A stretch of DNA of 64,000 nucleotides, counting the filler, from Asterionella formosa (taxonomy: Eukaryota), in the NCBI GenBank assembly GCA_002256025.1. It is 5 parts of 5 records of this genome, joined end to end, with 100 filler letters (N's around TTAATTAATTAA, not from the genome) between each part and the next. Parts side by side here need not be neighbours in the genome. Positions count along the whole stretch, not along the records: positions 1 to 13,049 come from NKIB01006995.1; positions 13,150 to 26,195 come from NKIB01007001.1; 3 more parts are not named here. One strand, given 5' to 3'. The stretch's first letter is position 1; each line of letters starts with the position of its first letter. The position numbers were made by a program, and so were the translations under genes. Of this stretch, positions 10,098 through 21,328 are shown one piece after another. The notes beneath the pieces are model-generated. The model was not told the DNA's origin. It did not search any database and saw only the letters and a list, made by a program, of their open reading frames with translations.

Positions 10098-13049
10098 ATG
10101 CAAGAAGCGACTCTCGAAGACTACGGAGTGCTAGAAGTCAAAGTTATTAAATTGAAGCGGGCCAACGCGCACGCAAGGGCAATTTCGAAGCAACAAGTAG
10201 AGGCACTCCAAAAACAAATTCAAGCGCTACAAACGTTGGATAGGGAGATTTATGAGCTTAAGAAACGAGAAAACGTATTGGAAGAAGAATTGGACCGGGA
10301 TAATTCAACCAGCGCCGGTCAAAAGCATCTGCGATTTTCCTGTGATCCTGGAAACAACTTGCCCTCAAGGCGGCGACAGCTGACATATCTGCTCAGTGTT
10401 CTTGAAACTAAGACGAAACAAGTTAAACTTACCATGGAAAATCATGAAAATATGAATGATGACTTGGAGCGAATAAGCAAAAAGGCGTCTCACCGCACAG
10501 TCAAACGAACGCTCTTGGAGGAGCTTCTAGAGCAGGAAGCTGCCTTAATGCGAGAGTTAATGGCACTGCGAGCATACAGAGAAGAATTACGATTGCATTA
10601 TTGGAAAAGTATCTCCAATTCATCTTCATCAAATTCTTTCGGAAACGAAAAAAATAAATTGCTGTCACCTCGAATTTCGGCAACGGAAAGGAAACCGTCG
10701 CGGTTAGAACCAATTCAAGGATTTGCGGATGGGACCGAGATAACAGATGAAATCGACTCGATTGACGGATCTATAAACTCAAATCTTCACGATTCTTCGG
10801 CCGCAAATAAATATCATTTGAAGGACATTGCTGTATCTCAGCCTTCTGAGATTGAGCCCCTTTATCACCTTTCAGACAAAGCGTCGCGTTCGACACCCCA
10901 GGAACTGGAGTCAATGTTCGAGGATAATTTAGATGTCCAAAACGAACCAATACCTGCTCTCCTCGAGCCTTTGTGGAACCAAGTAGCGCTTCAAAATGAG
11001 ACCCCGAAACAGGTAGACGCCGAGAACGAGGACTATAGTGTCACTCCATCATTGACACCTTCCGCAGCGTCCGGTGCTTCAACAAAGGTAAATCGCGGTT
11101 GGTTTACCTCCCGAGTATTTTTCCGAGGATTAGCACAAGAGTCATCTACAGAAGATCTATATGGAAATCAGGAAAACGACGAAGTCAGTCAGGAAAGCAT
11201 GAATAAATCGAATTCGCAAAATAGTCGAAAACCCAGTGGAAATATGAAAACCCAGAAATCTATGACACTCAAGTTGTTCGGTGGTTATTCGAGAACTCCT
11301 CAAAATAAAAGGACTCCCGAAGATTCAAATGAGCAATCGTTTGACGAAGATACCCCATTTCCGACTTTCCCGTCGGATTCTGCCGAAGACTTCGGCCTTG
11401 ATGAACATCAACAGGCAGCCATTGAAAGGCTGAAAGTGTTCTTGACGGCAGAGGAACCCGACTTATTCCAGAAATTACAAAGCAAACACAAACAGAATAT
11501 TAACAAACCGAAATGTGAGGCATTACGCAGTCGCCAAGATTCGGACGGTAGCAAAGACTCAGACAGCACAGAGGTAAGGACGAAGAGCCTACACGAAGCA
11601 GATGAGACAGATACGCAAGAATCAGATTTTTTTTTGTCACAAGCTGAGAACGGCGAGACGACCTCTAATCCGCACATTAAAGAGATTCTAAAATTTGATG
11701 AAGACGGTTTCGAAACAAGTCCTACGAACAGACATTCAAGTGAGTCAGAAACTAAGTCGATGGAACAATGGAGACAGAAGAAGCGTGAACAAGAGGCACT
11801 AGCTGACCTGAACTCGATCCATTCGTTCGTTTTTGATGAATCGGACGAAACATCTGCAACACTACTGGCTGAACCTCCATCAGAAATCGTAATGGACACT
11901 GAACAACAAGCAGCGATTCAGAAGCTAAAGATGATACGGAAATCCAGACGATTAATTCCGGGTGAAGTATCTCATCAAGAATCGCATACTCAAGAAAGCA
12001 ACCACGATTATGATATTGAATCTATCGCTAGTGACGACCACATCAGTGAGTCAGAAACTGAATCGATGAAACAGTGGAGACGGAAGAAGCGTGAACAAGA
12101 GGCACTAGCTGACCAGAACTCGATCCATTCATTCATATTTGGTGAATCCGACGAAACATCTGAAACACTATCGGCTGCACCTCCATTAGAAATTGTAATG
12201 GACGCTGAACAACAGGCAACGATTCAGAGGCTAGATATATTGCAGAAATCAAGTGGAGTAATTCCGGGAGAAGTATCTCATCTAGAATCGCATACCCAAG
12301 AAAGCAACCACGATTATGATATTGAATCTATCGCTAGTGACGACCACATCAGCGAGTCAGAAACTGAATCGATGAAACAGTGGAGACGGAAGAAGCGTGA
12401 AGAAGACGCACTAGCTGACCAAAACTCTATCCATTCATTCATTTTTGGTGAATCCGACGAAACATCTGAAACACTACCGGCTGCACCTCCATTAGAAATC
12501 GTAATGGACGCTGAACAACAGGCAACGATTCAGAGGCTAGATATATTGCAGAAATCAAGTGGAGTAATTCCGGGAGAAGCATCTCATCAAGAATCGCATA
12601 CTCAAGAAAGTAACCACGATTATGATATTGAATCTTTCGCTAGTGACGACCACATCAGCGAGTCAGAAACTGAAACGATGAAACAGTGGAGACGGAAGAA
12701 GCGTGAAGAAGACGCACTTGCTGACCAAAACTCTATCCATTCATTCATTTTTGGTGAGTCCGACGACACACCTGCAACACTACTGGCTGAACCTCCATCA
12801 GAAATCGTAATGGACACTGAACAACAAGCAGCGATTCAGAAGCTAAAGATGATACGGAAATCCAGACGATTAATTCCGGGTGAAGTATCTCATCAAGAAT
12901 CGCATACTCAAGAAAGCAACCTCGATTATGATATTGAATCTATCGCTAGTGACGACCACATCAGCGAGTCAGAAACTGAATCGATGAAACAGTGGAGACG
13001 GAAGAAGCGTGAAGAAGACGCACTAGCTGACCAAAACTCTATCCATTCA
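10098..13049 (+). CDS. Hypothetical protein: N-terminal coiled coil plus acidic 102-aa tandem repeats; 3' truncated by contig end
   Basis: ORF open for about 3 kb up to the N spacer; first ATG at 10098 (MQEATLE). Confidence 0.8.
11739..13049 (+). repeat. Coding tandem repeat, 306-bp unit, more than 4 copies
   Basis: ag(t/c)gagtcagaaact recurs at 11739, 12045, 12351, 12657 and 12963. Confidence 0.95.
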
Positions 13050-13149
13050 NNNNNNNNNNNNNNNNNNNNNNNNNNNNNNNNNNNNNNNNNNNNTTAATTA
13101 ATTAANNNNNNNNNNNNNNNNNNNNNNNNNNNNNNNNNNNNNNNNNNNN
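13050..13149. other. Artificial contig spacer (N-TTAATTAATTAA-N)
   Basis: 100-bp N run containing an all-frame stop linker; identical to the other three spacers. Confidence 0.97.
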
Positions 13150-13457
13150 TATTATGACTATTCTATTGCTGTTCCAAGTACATCGTTGTCAGCACTCACG
13201 CATGTACCTAATCTGGTGGCTGCGCCGGTATGGTTCGTACGGCGCATGTATGGAGCATCATATGCAGATATTAACAGAGTCACCAGGTTTTACGGTAGCT
13301 CAGTTAGATGTTCCGATTTGGTCGGAAAAACCTACTGATATTATGTACGGGTACATTGCCGTATGCTGGTCCCTGGCTGCTGCTGTGCGATTGTGAAAAA
13401 CACAGCATCAGTTTGACTGATGAATATTTACCGTTGTTTTGAGTTTTCTCGATCACC

Positions 13458-13860
13458 ATGTTGTCCTCTCTCTCACGTAGCAGCCGAGTGATCGTGAATA
13501 GAGTGCAAAAGTATGTATATCAGAGAGGTTGCGGATGGAACGTTAGGCAGCGACGGCAAGGAAAATGAAGGAAAAATGGATCGAATGTCATTAATTGCTC
13601 ACCCCCGTTTGTTCCCTTCCTGATCGACCACCGGTAGGCGATATATGGCCAAGTATGGCGACGGATTCCACGTCCATAAGAACAAGTACATCGAGGAGTT
13701 GAATGGTCGTCGTGAAATTACAGAATTGAACTTCACCATGGATAAGAAGAAAGCACTAAGATCGTTTTTCTGGGTATTCCTTCTTCCCTATGGACTCTAC
13801 CAATTCGTCCGCACGGAATTAAAGCTTCGAGGAGATCGTCGTTATAAAGACTGCTTTTGA
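13458..13860 (+). CDS. NDUFB4: Mitochondrial complex I accessory subunit, B15/NDUFB4-like; 2 exons (13458-13510, 13638-13860)
   Basis: A GTATGT..TAG intron at 13511-13637 joins an Arg/Ser-rich presequence (MLSSLSRSSRVIVNRVQKRY) in frame. KNKYIEELNGRREITELNF followed by one TM helix resembles plant B15 (KNKFIE.W...RE..E.NF), recalled from memory. Confidence 0.7.
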
Positions 13861-14030
13861 ATGAGTTGCACCTGTTATCCTGGTAGAAAGTTCATGATTC
13901 CATTAGCAAGTACCAGTTAGAACCATGATGTTCGGATTGATGTGCTGTGAGTTTATGGCTATACTTGAACAACTGCATCAGTTTAACTCATAATTTATAT
14001 TAAAGTGTTCAGTTATCGATCATAATTTTA

Positions 14031-14424
14031 TCCTCTCTCTCACGCAGCATCCGAACGATCGACAATTGAGTACAAAGTTATGTTATGTATCACTGAGAGG
14101 TCACAGATAGAACATTAGGCGGCAACAGCACGGAAAATGAAAAAGCATCGACTGTCAGTGATTGCTCACAGCGTGGGGGGGGGGGGGGGAGGGGGGGCGG
14201 GGGGGAGGGGGAGGGGGGGGGGGGGCGGGGGGNNNNNNNNNNCCCCCCCCCTACCGATACCGATTAGGCGATCTATGTCTAAGTAAGGAAAAATGGCTCC
14301 ATTTACTTTAGAACAGTATATAAAGGAGTCTAATGGTCGTCATGAGATTACGGAACTGAGCTTGAACATGGGTGAAAAGGACGTACTAAGAAATGTTTTT
14401 CTAGGTAGTTTTCATTGTTCCCTA
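14031..14424 (+). pseudogene. Decayed tandem duplicate of the NDUFB4-like gene with a poly-G/poly-C tract in its intron
   Basis: tcctctctctcacg.agca.ccga, taggcgat.tatg and aatggtcgtc.tga.attac.gaa.tga match 13464-13790; no start ATG and in-frame stops. Confidence 0.85.
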
Positions 14425-14623
14425 GTGACTCGGCGGATTCATCCACACTGAATTCAATTTTCTAGGTATATTTTCATTATAACGACTGTAATGAATGGGC
14501 GAAGTGTGGGGAATGATGCGAAAATTGTTCAGAAGCAGCGAACAATCTTCTCGATTTATTAGGATTTCCAATACTGATTGATAGCATGCAATATTAAAAA
14601 TTGAGATAGGCACAAACAGAATT

Positions 14624-17600
14624 CTATTTGGTCATTTTGGTGCCCTTCGCTTTGCCTATAGTTTCAGATTCTGTGTCATAGAACCAATCATCATCTTCCA
14701 GTTGAAAAAGACCCGGGACAAACCTTCCATCCCTTGAGTAATTGTCCAATCGCTTGTAGCCTCGTCCTTTCTGCCGTTTGCGTGGGCGTGGGTTGCCTTC
14801 CATGTCCGATTGGTCACCCAGGTAAGGGTCATCATCAGTCAGCCTATCTGCGGGCCTTCGCACAGCCATGACTACTTCATTGGCATCCATATCATCTTGG
14901 GCTCCTGTTCGGAGGAACGTCAAGTCAACAACATTCCCGAATTTTGAAGAATCCATGCAATCATCATCCTCAGTCTTCACAGGCACACCGAGTGGATCAG
15001 GTGAACCCCAGGTTTTACCTTCATCGTCACTGCTAATGACAACCACTTCCGAAAACGAAACTTCCATCGGGTCAATGATAACGACATCGCTGGCATCATC
15101 ATCATTGAAAACTGGTGCTGCATCATCAAGCCCAACTTTTTTGACAGCAAGCATAGGCGCTTCAATGCCAACAGAAACCAGAAAATCCTTGACCCATTGC
15201 ATAGTTATCTGATGATCCAGCAGAAACGAAAGTGCATCTACTCGAAGGGTCTTCCATCCTACTCGCTCGATTGACCTTTGCTGTTGAAACATCGATTTCC
15301 ATTCTCCGAGGGACTCACCAGCTCCTTCAATGATGGCTGCCGCACGAGACCCAGAATGGGGACTTTCCACACTTATACCCTTATTCCAAATTTTCCCCAT
15401 TGAGCGATGGCCAAAATTTTCTTGTGCCAAGGCGCTTCGAAAGAGAGCAGATACTTGACGCTCAAACATACCAGTAGAATTTGGTTCATCCATCGTGGTA
15501 TCCTCTATATCTTCGTTGTGTAGCTGAGCAAAGAAACCAATAATTGGAATTTTGATGTCCTGATTGTTAGATACGTGATTTGTGTTGATACTTCTGACAA
15601 GCACCAACCTATCACGGGCTCTAGATAGAGCTACATTGGCACGTTGGGCATGCATTAACTGAGTTTGAGAAGGGACGCTACCGGGAGAACAAACTAGGCT
15701 CAGAAAGACAATATCACGCTCTGCTCCCTGGAAGGAAGGAGGTTCTCCAACAAGAATATTATGTTCATTCATTTTTTGAGGCCCGATGACATCAAGGAGT
15801 CTTCCTCGAATAAGCCTGCTTTGGTCATCTCCTATTAAAGAAATGACACCAATACTTCGGGGGTGTCCACTCGCATCATCACGGGAGACTTGATCTCGAA
15901 TCATTTCAATGATCTTATCGCACTCTTTCTCGTTGATTTTTCCCACTTTGACACCTTCCACTTCTATATCAACAAGTGATGGCGACAAACGCTCTTGACT
16001 TGTTGGTAATCGTAGTGGAACAAGTCGATTGTTGTAGAACTGACTGTTGCTGAATGCTATAATCTCTGGGGCACATCGAAAATGCTCCCGTAGAACTGCG
16101 CGGCCTTGAGGATACGCTTGACTACAAAGATCGAAAAAGCTGCACCCCGGTAAAAGCGATTCATCAAATGGCGATTCAGGAACAGCAGCGCGGAGGTTGA
16201 CAATGGAAACCTCAGAAATGAAAGCCTCCGTGGGGCTTACTTGTTTGCCGTCACCCACAATCAACCACTGTTTGCCTCGAAGAATTCCTGGTAAAGCTGT
16301 CACATCACTTTGTGATGCTTCATCAAGAACCACAAGGTCAAATAGGTCAAACTCGGCTGGTAAGTAGTCACTAATCTGAGAAGAAGTAAGAATCCAGCAG
16401 GGGATGTAACGAACGCACCGCTCAAAGGCATCTAAATACTCTTGTCGATGACGGCGTTGACGCTGTGAGAGTTTGCTCAATTGTGCTGACTTTCCGAACT
16501 TCGACCTTGCCGCTATTTGGGAAAATCGGATGAGCTGACGTTGTGCTTCAACGTCAAACATACGACTTAGTTGGGTCATCATTGTCGCCTCAACCAATTC
16601 GGTGGACAACTGTTGAAGTTGACTTGCCACTTGCGTCCGTCTTAAATCAAGTTGCATTGCCTCCGCAGCCACTTTGCAAGTATCGAACAACTCATAATTC
16701 CACACAAGCTCCTTCAACTCTGACAGTTTCTTCATCCATACAATAAACTCCTTGTCGATACGCCTTCTCCCGCCGTTGTTCCTCATCACCTTGTCAACTG
16801 CCCACCCATTGGTAGTAATCAAGGGTTCCAACGTTGTCCTAATAAAATTATCGATCTCATGCTCCCGTCGAAGGGCAGAACAGACTATCTCCCAGTCAGA
16901 CTTGGAAACAGGAGATTTTCCATCAAGGAGAAGACTTCCAACCAATTCGGTTAATTTTGCACATCTTGTTGTCAAACCCAAGAGGTTGCCGATGCCCGGT
17001 ACTTTAGCGATGAATTGACTTACTGATGTGTTCAAGGACGACAGCGTCTCGCCTGCTTTTGATGCAACTAATGTGATCAAATTTCCAGAAACTGGACAAG
17101 AAAAGCCACTCACTCTCTCGATAATGTCCGAGGAATCAACAAACATCATATCGGCCCTTTCGGCAATCTCGTGAGCCTCCTCCACGCTAATTTTTCTCGC
17201 GGCTTCCAGCATCCATGGCACTTCATTCATCATTGAAATCGAAATATTCATAACTTTTTGCCCTTCCTCTGAGTGGACGAAGCGCGTTCTATGGTGAGCC
17301 TGAACCTCCAGCTTTGTATCAATTGATCTCACCTCTCCCTCAAGTGTATCAATCTTTCGTTGAAGAACTAGGCATCGCTCTTTGTGTACATCGTTGTTGA
17401 GACCAGATATTCTATCAGCGAGATGCTCCACTGTTTGTTGCAATTGACGCATACCCTGTGATTCACTCATGGACACATCAACACACAATTCTCTTACACA
17501 TGGTGGCAATCGATGTCGCAACACCGAGAGTGCTGGAGCACCCTTGGAGGTTACCAGCACCCTTTTCCCTTGAGATAGGTAATCACATACAATATTTGCA

Positions 17601-19054
17601 ATGGTTTGACTTTTGCCACTACCTGGAGGCCCCTCACACACTACTGCAGGAACCCCTCTGGCAAGCAACATGGAAATTTGAGTCTGTGTTTCTGAGGTTG
17701 GCAGAGGCAATAAAGGCTTTATTGGCAGATCGGAATGTTTCGCAGTGCTTCCAGCAAATATTGATTTCATGGAAATCCATACATCATGAAAATTATTTGC
17801 TCTTCCTTTGCTTCTACTTAACAAGTCCATCACTGCAGGACCATGTGTTAACGACCATGCAGCCATAGGTAGGCTCGATGCTGGTTGGGCCATTACATTT
17901 TCAGCCATTTTCGATGCATCTCGTGCCCACACAGTGCCCGGTTTGGGTCTATGAAAGACACACCAGTCATCTGTCACAACCAGTTTCTTTGGATCAACAT
18001 TGTTATACACATCGGCTGCACTAACAAAGCAACCATCAGGTGAAAGCTCAACAGCCAAACCTCTTAACAATTTTGAATAAGTGTGTGGCTCTCCTGGAGC
18101 AAATTCATAAGTTTCTATTTCTGAAACGGTCCGATGCCACGAAGTAATTACATCAGTAGATCGAGTCAAAGCTGTCATTACTTCAGCATTGAGGTGTACG
18201 CCAGCATGTTGGCGTGGTCGAACTAACAAAGCTCCATCTCGAGCCAATTCCACTTCAACTAGTACTTCTAGTAATGGTCCATTCACAATCCTGCCATCCT
18301 CCAGCTGCTGCATTCCGTTCCCAAAGCCCCAAACTAAATCATCGTTCTCCCTTGCCTCCTGTAAACAATCAAAGAGTCTATTGTATAGTGGTTCCAGTTC
18401 TTGTTTCATTGCAGCTCGCTTGAGGTACGTTTTGTATTGCCTAAGAAAATTTTTGATTTCTGTTTGTTGATTTTGGCTCATGGAGGGTGGAGGCTTTGGT
18501 GCAGTGGCGAGTTGTTCTAGCGTCAATATTTTGGAGGAATTTATTCTCGAAATCAAATTCCATTGTTGCAAATACTCTTCAACTGCTGCACTTTTTGTCG
18601 AGGGTTTTGTTCGTTGTGACGTGAATCTAGTCAATCGAAGCCAACATGGTCTGTTATTATTAAAAGACATGTTGGCTTCTAGTTTGTTAGTAGTTTTATA
18701 TGTTTTTCGTTTGTTGGCGTCGGCTGTTGTTGCTATTGTTGTTCTGTTGGAGGAATAAAAGGAAAATGGCGGTGTACCACCCAGTTCAGCAGTGTGCTTC
18801 GTAATGCGACGAAAGTCATTTGTCGTGAATAGTATTCTATCTTCTATTCCCTGGAAATAGGCCAAAGTTTTGCCACTGGCATGTTCACGAACAAAGGAAA
18901 GTCGATCCACATCGTCGGCACCTACTTGGTGCATTTTCGAAATGTAATGTAAAATTTGAGCCAAACGCTTTTTGTGAGTCGCTTCCGCATCAGTTAGGGA
19001 CGATAAAGTCACTGCCTTCGTCCATGATGATGATGATGATGATGTGGATTCCAT
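14624..19054 (-). CDS. Superfamily 1 (DNA2/NAM7/UPF1-like) helicase with C-terminal Vsr/REase-like domain, bacterial-type architecture
   Basis: Walker A GPPGSGKS, RVLVTSK, FDLVVLDEASQ, IVGDGKQVSP, LREHFRC..EIIAFSN..FY, FQGAERD, NVALSRARD. Tail FERQV..AAIIEGAG..QQRSIERVGWK.LRV. Intronless ORF; start ATG taken at 19054 (uncertain). Confidence 0.9.
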   Translation of the reverse strand: MESTSSSSSSWTKAVTLSSLTDAEATHKKRLAQILHYISKMHQVGADDVDRLSFVREHASGKTLAYFQGIEDRILFTTNDFRRITKHTAELGGTPPFSFYSSNRTTIATTADANKRKTYKTTNKLEANMSFNNNRPCWLRLTRFTSQRTKPSTKSAAVEEYLQQWNLISRINSSKILTLEQLATAPKPPPSMSQNQQTEIKNFLRQYKTYLKRAAMKQELEPLYNRLFDCLQEARENDDLVWGFGNGMQQLEDGRIVNGPLLEVLVEVELARDGALLVRPRQHAGVHLNAEVMTALTRSTDVITSWHRTVSEIETYEFAPGEPHTYSKLLRGLAVELSPDGCFVSAADVYNNVDPKKLVVTDDWCVFHRPKPGTVWARDASKMAENVMAQPASSLPMAAWSLTHGPAVMDLLSRSKGRANNFHDVWISMKSIFAGSTAKHSDLPIKPLLPLPTSETQTQISMLLARGVPAVVCEGPPGSGKSQTIANIVCDYLSQGKRVLVTSKGAPALSVLRHRLPPCVRELCVDVSMSESQGMRQLQQTVEHLADRISGLNNDVHKERCLVLQRKIDTLEGEVRSIDTKLEVQAHHRTRFVHSEEGQKVMNISISMMNEVPWMLEAARKISVEEAHEIAERADMMFVDSSDIIERVSGFSCPVSGNLITLVASKAGETLSSLNTSVSQFIAKVPGIGNLLGLTTRCAKLTELVGSLLLDGKSPVSKSDWEIVCSALRREHEIDNFIRTTLEPLITTNGWAVDKVMRNNGGRRRIDKEFIVWMKKLSELKELVWNYELFDTCKVAAEAMQLDLRRTQVASQLQQLSTELVEATMMTQLSRMFDVEAQRQLIRFSQIAARSKFGKSAQLSKLSQRQRRHRQEYLDAFERCVRYIPCWILTSSQISDYLPAEFDLFDLVVLDEASQSDVTALPGILRGKQWLIVGDGKQVSPTEAFISEVSIVNLRAAVPESPFDESLLPGCSFFDLCSQAYPQGRAVLREHFRCAPEIIAFSNSQFYNNRLVPLRLPTSQERLSPSLVDIEVEGVKVGKINEKECDKIIEMIRDQVSRDDASGHPRSIGVISLIGDDQSRLIRGRLLDVIGPQKMNEHNILVGEPPSFQGAERDIVFLSLVCSPGSVPSQTQLMHAQRANVALSRARDRLVLVRSINTNHVSNNQDIKIPIIGFFAQLHNEDIEDTTMDEPNSTGMFERQVSALFRSALAQENFGHRSMGKIWNKGISVESPHSGSRAAAIIEGAGESLGEWKSMFQQQRSIERVGWKTLRVDALSFLLDHQITMQWVKDFLVSVGIEAPMLAVKKVGLDDAAPVFNDDDASDVVIIDPMEVSFSEVVVISSDDEGKTWGSPDPLGVPVKTEDDDCMDSSKFGNVVDLTFLRTGAQDDMDANEVVMAVRRPADRLTDDDPYLGDQSDMEGNPRPRKRQKGRGYKRLDNYSRDGRFVPGLFQLEDDDWFYDTESETIGKAKGTKMTK

Positions 19055-19904
19055 CGTTCGCTGAGATTGCTTTGCTGCTGGTGTAATTGTAACAGCGGTA
19101 GTATTTATAGAATCGAAGAATAGAAATGATATTGCTGATAGAACGAGTATACCGGGGCGGGGGTAGGTAGACAAAAAGCAATAATCGATAAAGCAAATCG
19201 AGATTGAGAGAATTCAGCCAAGAAGTGGTTTACACACGTACATACATTTATGTACGGACGGCTGCATAAATTCATAATTCGTAACAAGAATCGTCATCGC
19301 GCCATCGTCGTAGGCCGATGCCGCCGCGTCTACATACCGGTAGTCCTTTCGTCCCTTTCAAATTGCTTACCGGTGCCTACTTACTAACTACAGTATCGGT
19401 ATGGACATAGCGTTGGATCGTGTTTGATCCAGACGAGGAGGCCAAAGCCATGCGAAGTGCCGTGCGGTGAATGAGACATTTAGCTTGGTTTTCTTTCTAG
19501 TGAGAACCGTCTTTTACCGAACCTCCCTGTAATAACTCCTTGTACTCATTCGTTGTTTCAGTGTAGGTACTGTACCTCCCGGGATACACTTGTTATTTAT
19601 ACTCCCCCACCCACCTGCGTCTGATACGTACGTACCTGGCAGTCCACTCCAATACCGGGATCATGTCGTAGCAAAATGCCCTCGCATCACGCATTTGCTT
19701 GGCTTTCTTCGTACTCGCTCTTTTAAAGTATTGCATGTTGCTCATACATATATATAGTCGAGGCTCAATAACGCGTACTTAAAAATTTAGTTACCACATA
19801 TATATAAGAATATCTGTATGTGCATGTGTGTATGTACCGGTAGCTGTTGTTCTTGTTCTTTTCCATTGCAGCATACCATTAAGTGAGTAATCGAGCAGTT
19901 GACG

Positions 19905-20954
19905 ATGAAGTGTTCAGTTCCCTTCCTTCTGCTCCTTATCGCATTAGCTCCAACATGCCAGTCTCTCAGCAATATCTTCCCCAACCTCCTTGACACACTC
20001 GAAATGGCGCTCTTGTCGAGTGTTGTGTATCAGATGTGGGGGTCCGACGGATGCAACGCCACCTTGCTTCCACAGGACGTGACATGTCACTACTATCATC
20101 ACGACAAGTCGCAGGGGGCTCAAGTCTTGGTAGTCACTTCCGACGATTATATTGCCATCGTATTTGCGGGAACGGACGATTTGCGAACCAGCATTGCAGA
20201 CGGAGACATACTGCTAAAGCCATTTGGACCACTAGACGAACTGGGTGACAGCATTAAACTTCCTGGACCAGCTAGAGTGCATGCCGGATTTGACAATGCT
20301 GTCTTTGAAGATGGACTATACGACACTGTGGTGGAAGTTGTCAATGAGCTGCGAGAAATAAACGCCAATTACCGATTATTCACGACAGGCCACTCGCTGG
20401 GGGCGTCCGATTCACTCTTGCTCAGCGTAGGACTTGCCTTGGACTACCCAGATTTGACTATTTCCAACATTAATTTCGGATGTCCCCGGACTGGAAATCA
20501 TGAATGGAGGCAGCGGATTCATCACTCCTTGCCAAATTTGAGTGTCTTTCGGTTCGTCCTGGGCTGGGACTTGGTACCGAGACTGCCAGAATATCCCTTT
20601 CATCACGTTGGTCACACGGTCCAACTCGACACGGACAGTGCCAAGGCATATTATTTGCATAATGGCAACGCAACATTAGATTATTCCGGAGTGCCAATGG
20701 GATGGGACAGTATGCCGTTCTTTTGGCTCCCAGGAGCCTTAACATCGCATCACATAACGCGGTATCAAGACTTTTTTCTTCAATTCAGTGTACCAAATGA
20801 AGAGTTGTTTTTTGTGGATAAGTTTGAGCGTGTAACGCCAATAAATGATGATCATCCTCCAAATGTCAATGATGATAAATATGTGAATCCACCAGATGAC
20901 ATGTTAATGTTCGAGGAGGAGCTGCTGTTGACAAGTTATGCCGCTGTCGGCTAA
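19905..20954 (+). CDS. Secretory-pathway class 3 lipase
   Basis: Signal peptide MKCSVPFLLLLIALAPTCQS; IVFAGTD, VHAGF, TGHSLG nucleophile elbow, FGCPRTGN, DLVPRLP. Confidence 0.92.
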   Translation: MKCSVPFLLLLIALAPTCQSLSNIFPNLLDTLEMALLSSVVYQMWGSDGCNATLLPQDVTCHYYHHDKSQGAQVLVVTSDDYIAIVFAGTDDLRTSIADGDILLKPFGPLDELGDSIKLPGPARVHAGFDNAVFEDGLYDTVVEVVNELREINANYRLFTTGHSLGASDSLLLSVGLALDYPDLTISNINFGCPRTGNHEWRQRIHHSLPNLSVFRFVLGWDLVPRLPEYPFHHVGHTVQLDTDSAKAYYLHNGNATLDYSGVPMGWDSMPFFWLPGALTSHHITRYQDFFLQFSVPNEELFFVDKFERVTPINDDHPPNVNDDKYVNPPDDMLMFEEELLLTSYAAVG

Positions 20955-21328
20955 GCTTGCAGTCGCATCATTGATGGTCTCATTGAAAAGTGTTATACTT
21001 TATCCGCTGCGGCTTTTCAGTCATTCTAAGATTTTTACATCCATGTTCTGAAAACCTTGCTAACGACGATTGCCTATGTACAAAATTTCCACTTGTTTCG
21101 TCTCATGAGAAGGGTAAAACCTTCGCGACAACAATGAATTCCAGCACGGCACACTACCGGCAGTTGGACTCCGTGCCAACTCTGAACAAAAAACAACATG
21201 TATAGTCCCCCTTCTACTACATTCTTTTCCAACTTGGAGCCTTGAATGAGGCAACGGAACAATGCAATTTAATATTTGTGTTTTTAATTTGAAAGAAGAG
21301 TTAATTCCAACATTTTAACTACACATTA

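Noticed and set aside
13094..13105. TTAATTAATTAA palindrome recurring about every 13.1 kb
   Set aside because: It is an all-frame stop linker inside N runs, added during assembly.
14868..18758. Many plus-strand ORFs inside the helicase, and similar shadow ORFs over GGT, SCOT and CAP-H2
   Set aside because: Antisense or alternative-frame shadows of real CDS with no recognisable motifs.
19055..19174. Signal-peptide-like N-terminal extension of the helicase in the ORF track
   Set aside because: It depends on a non-ATG start; the first in-frame ATG is at 19054.
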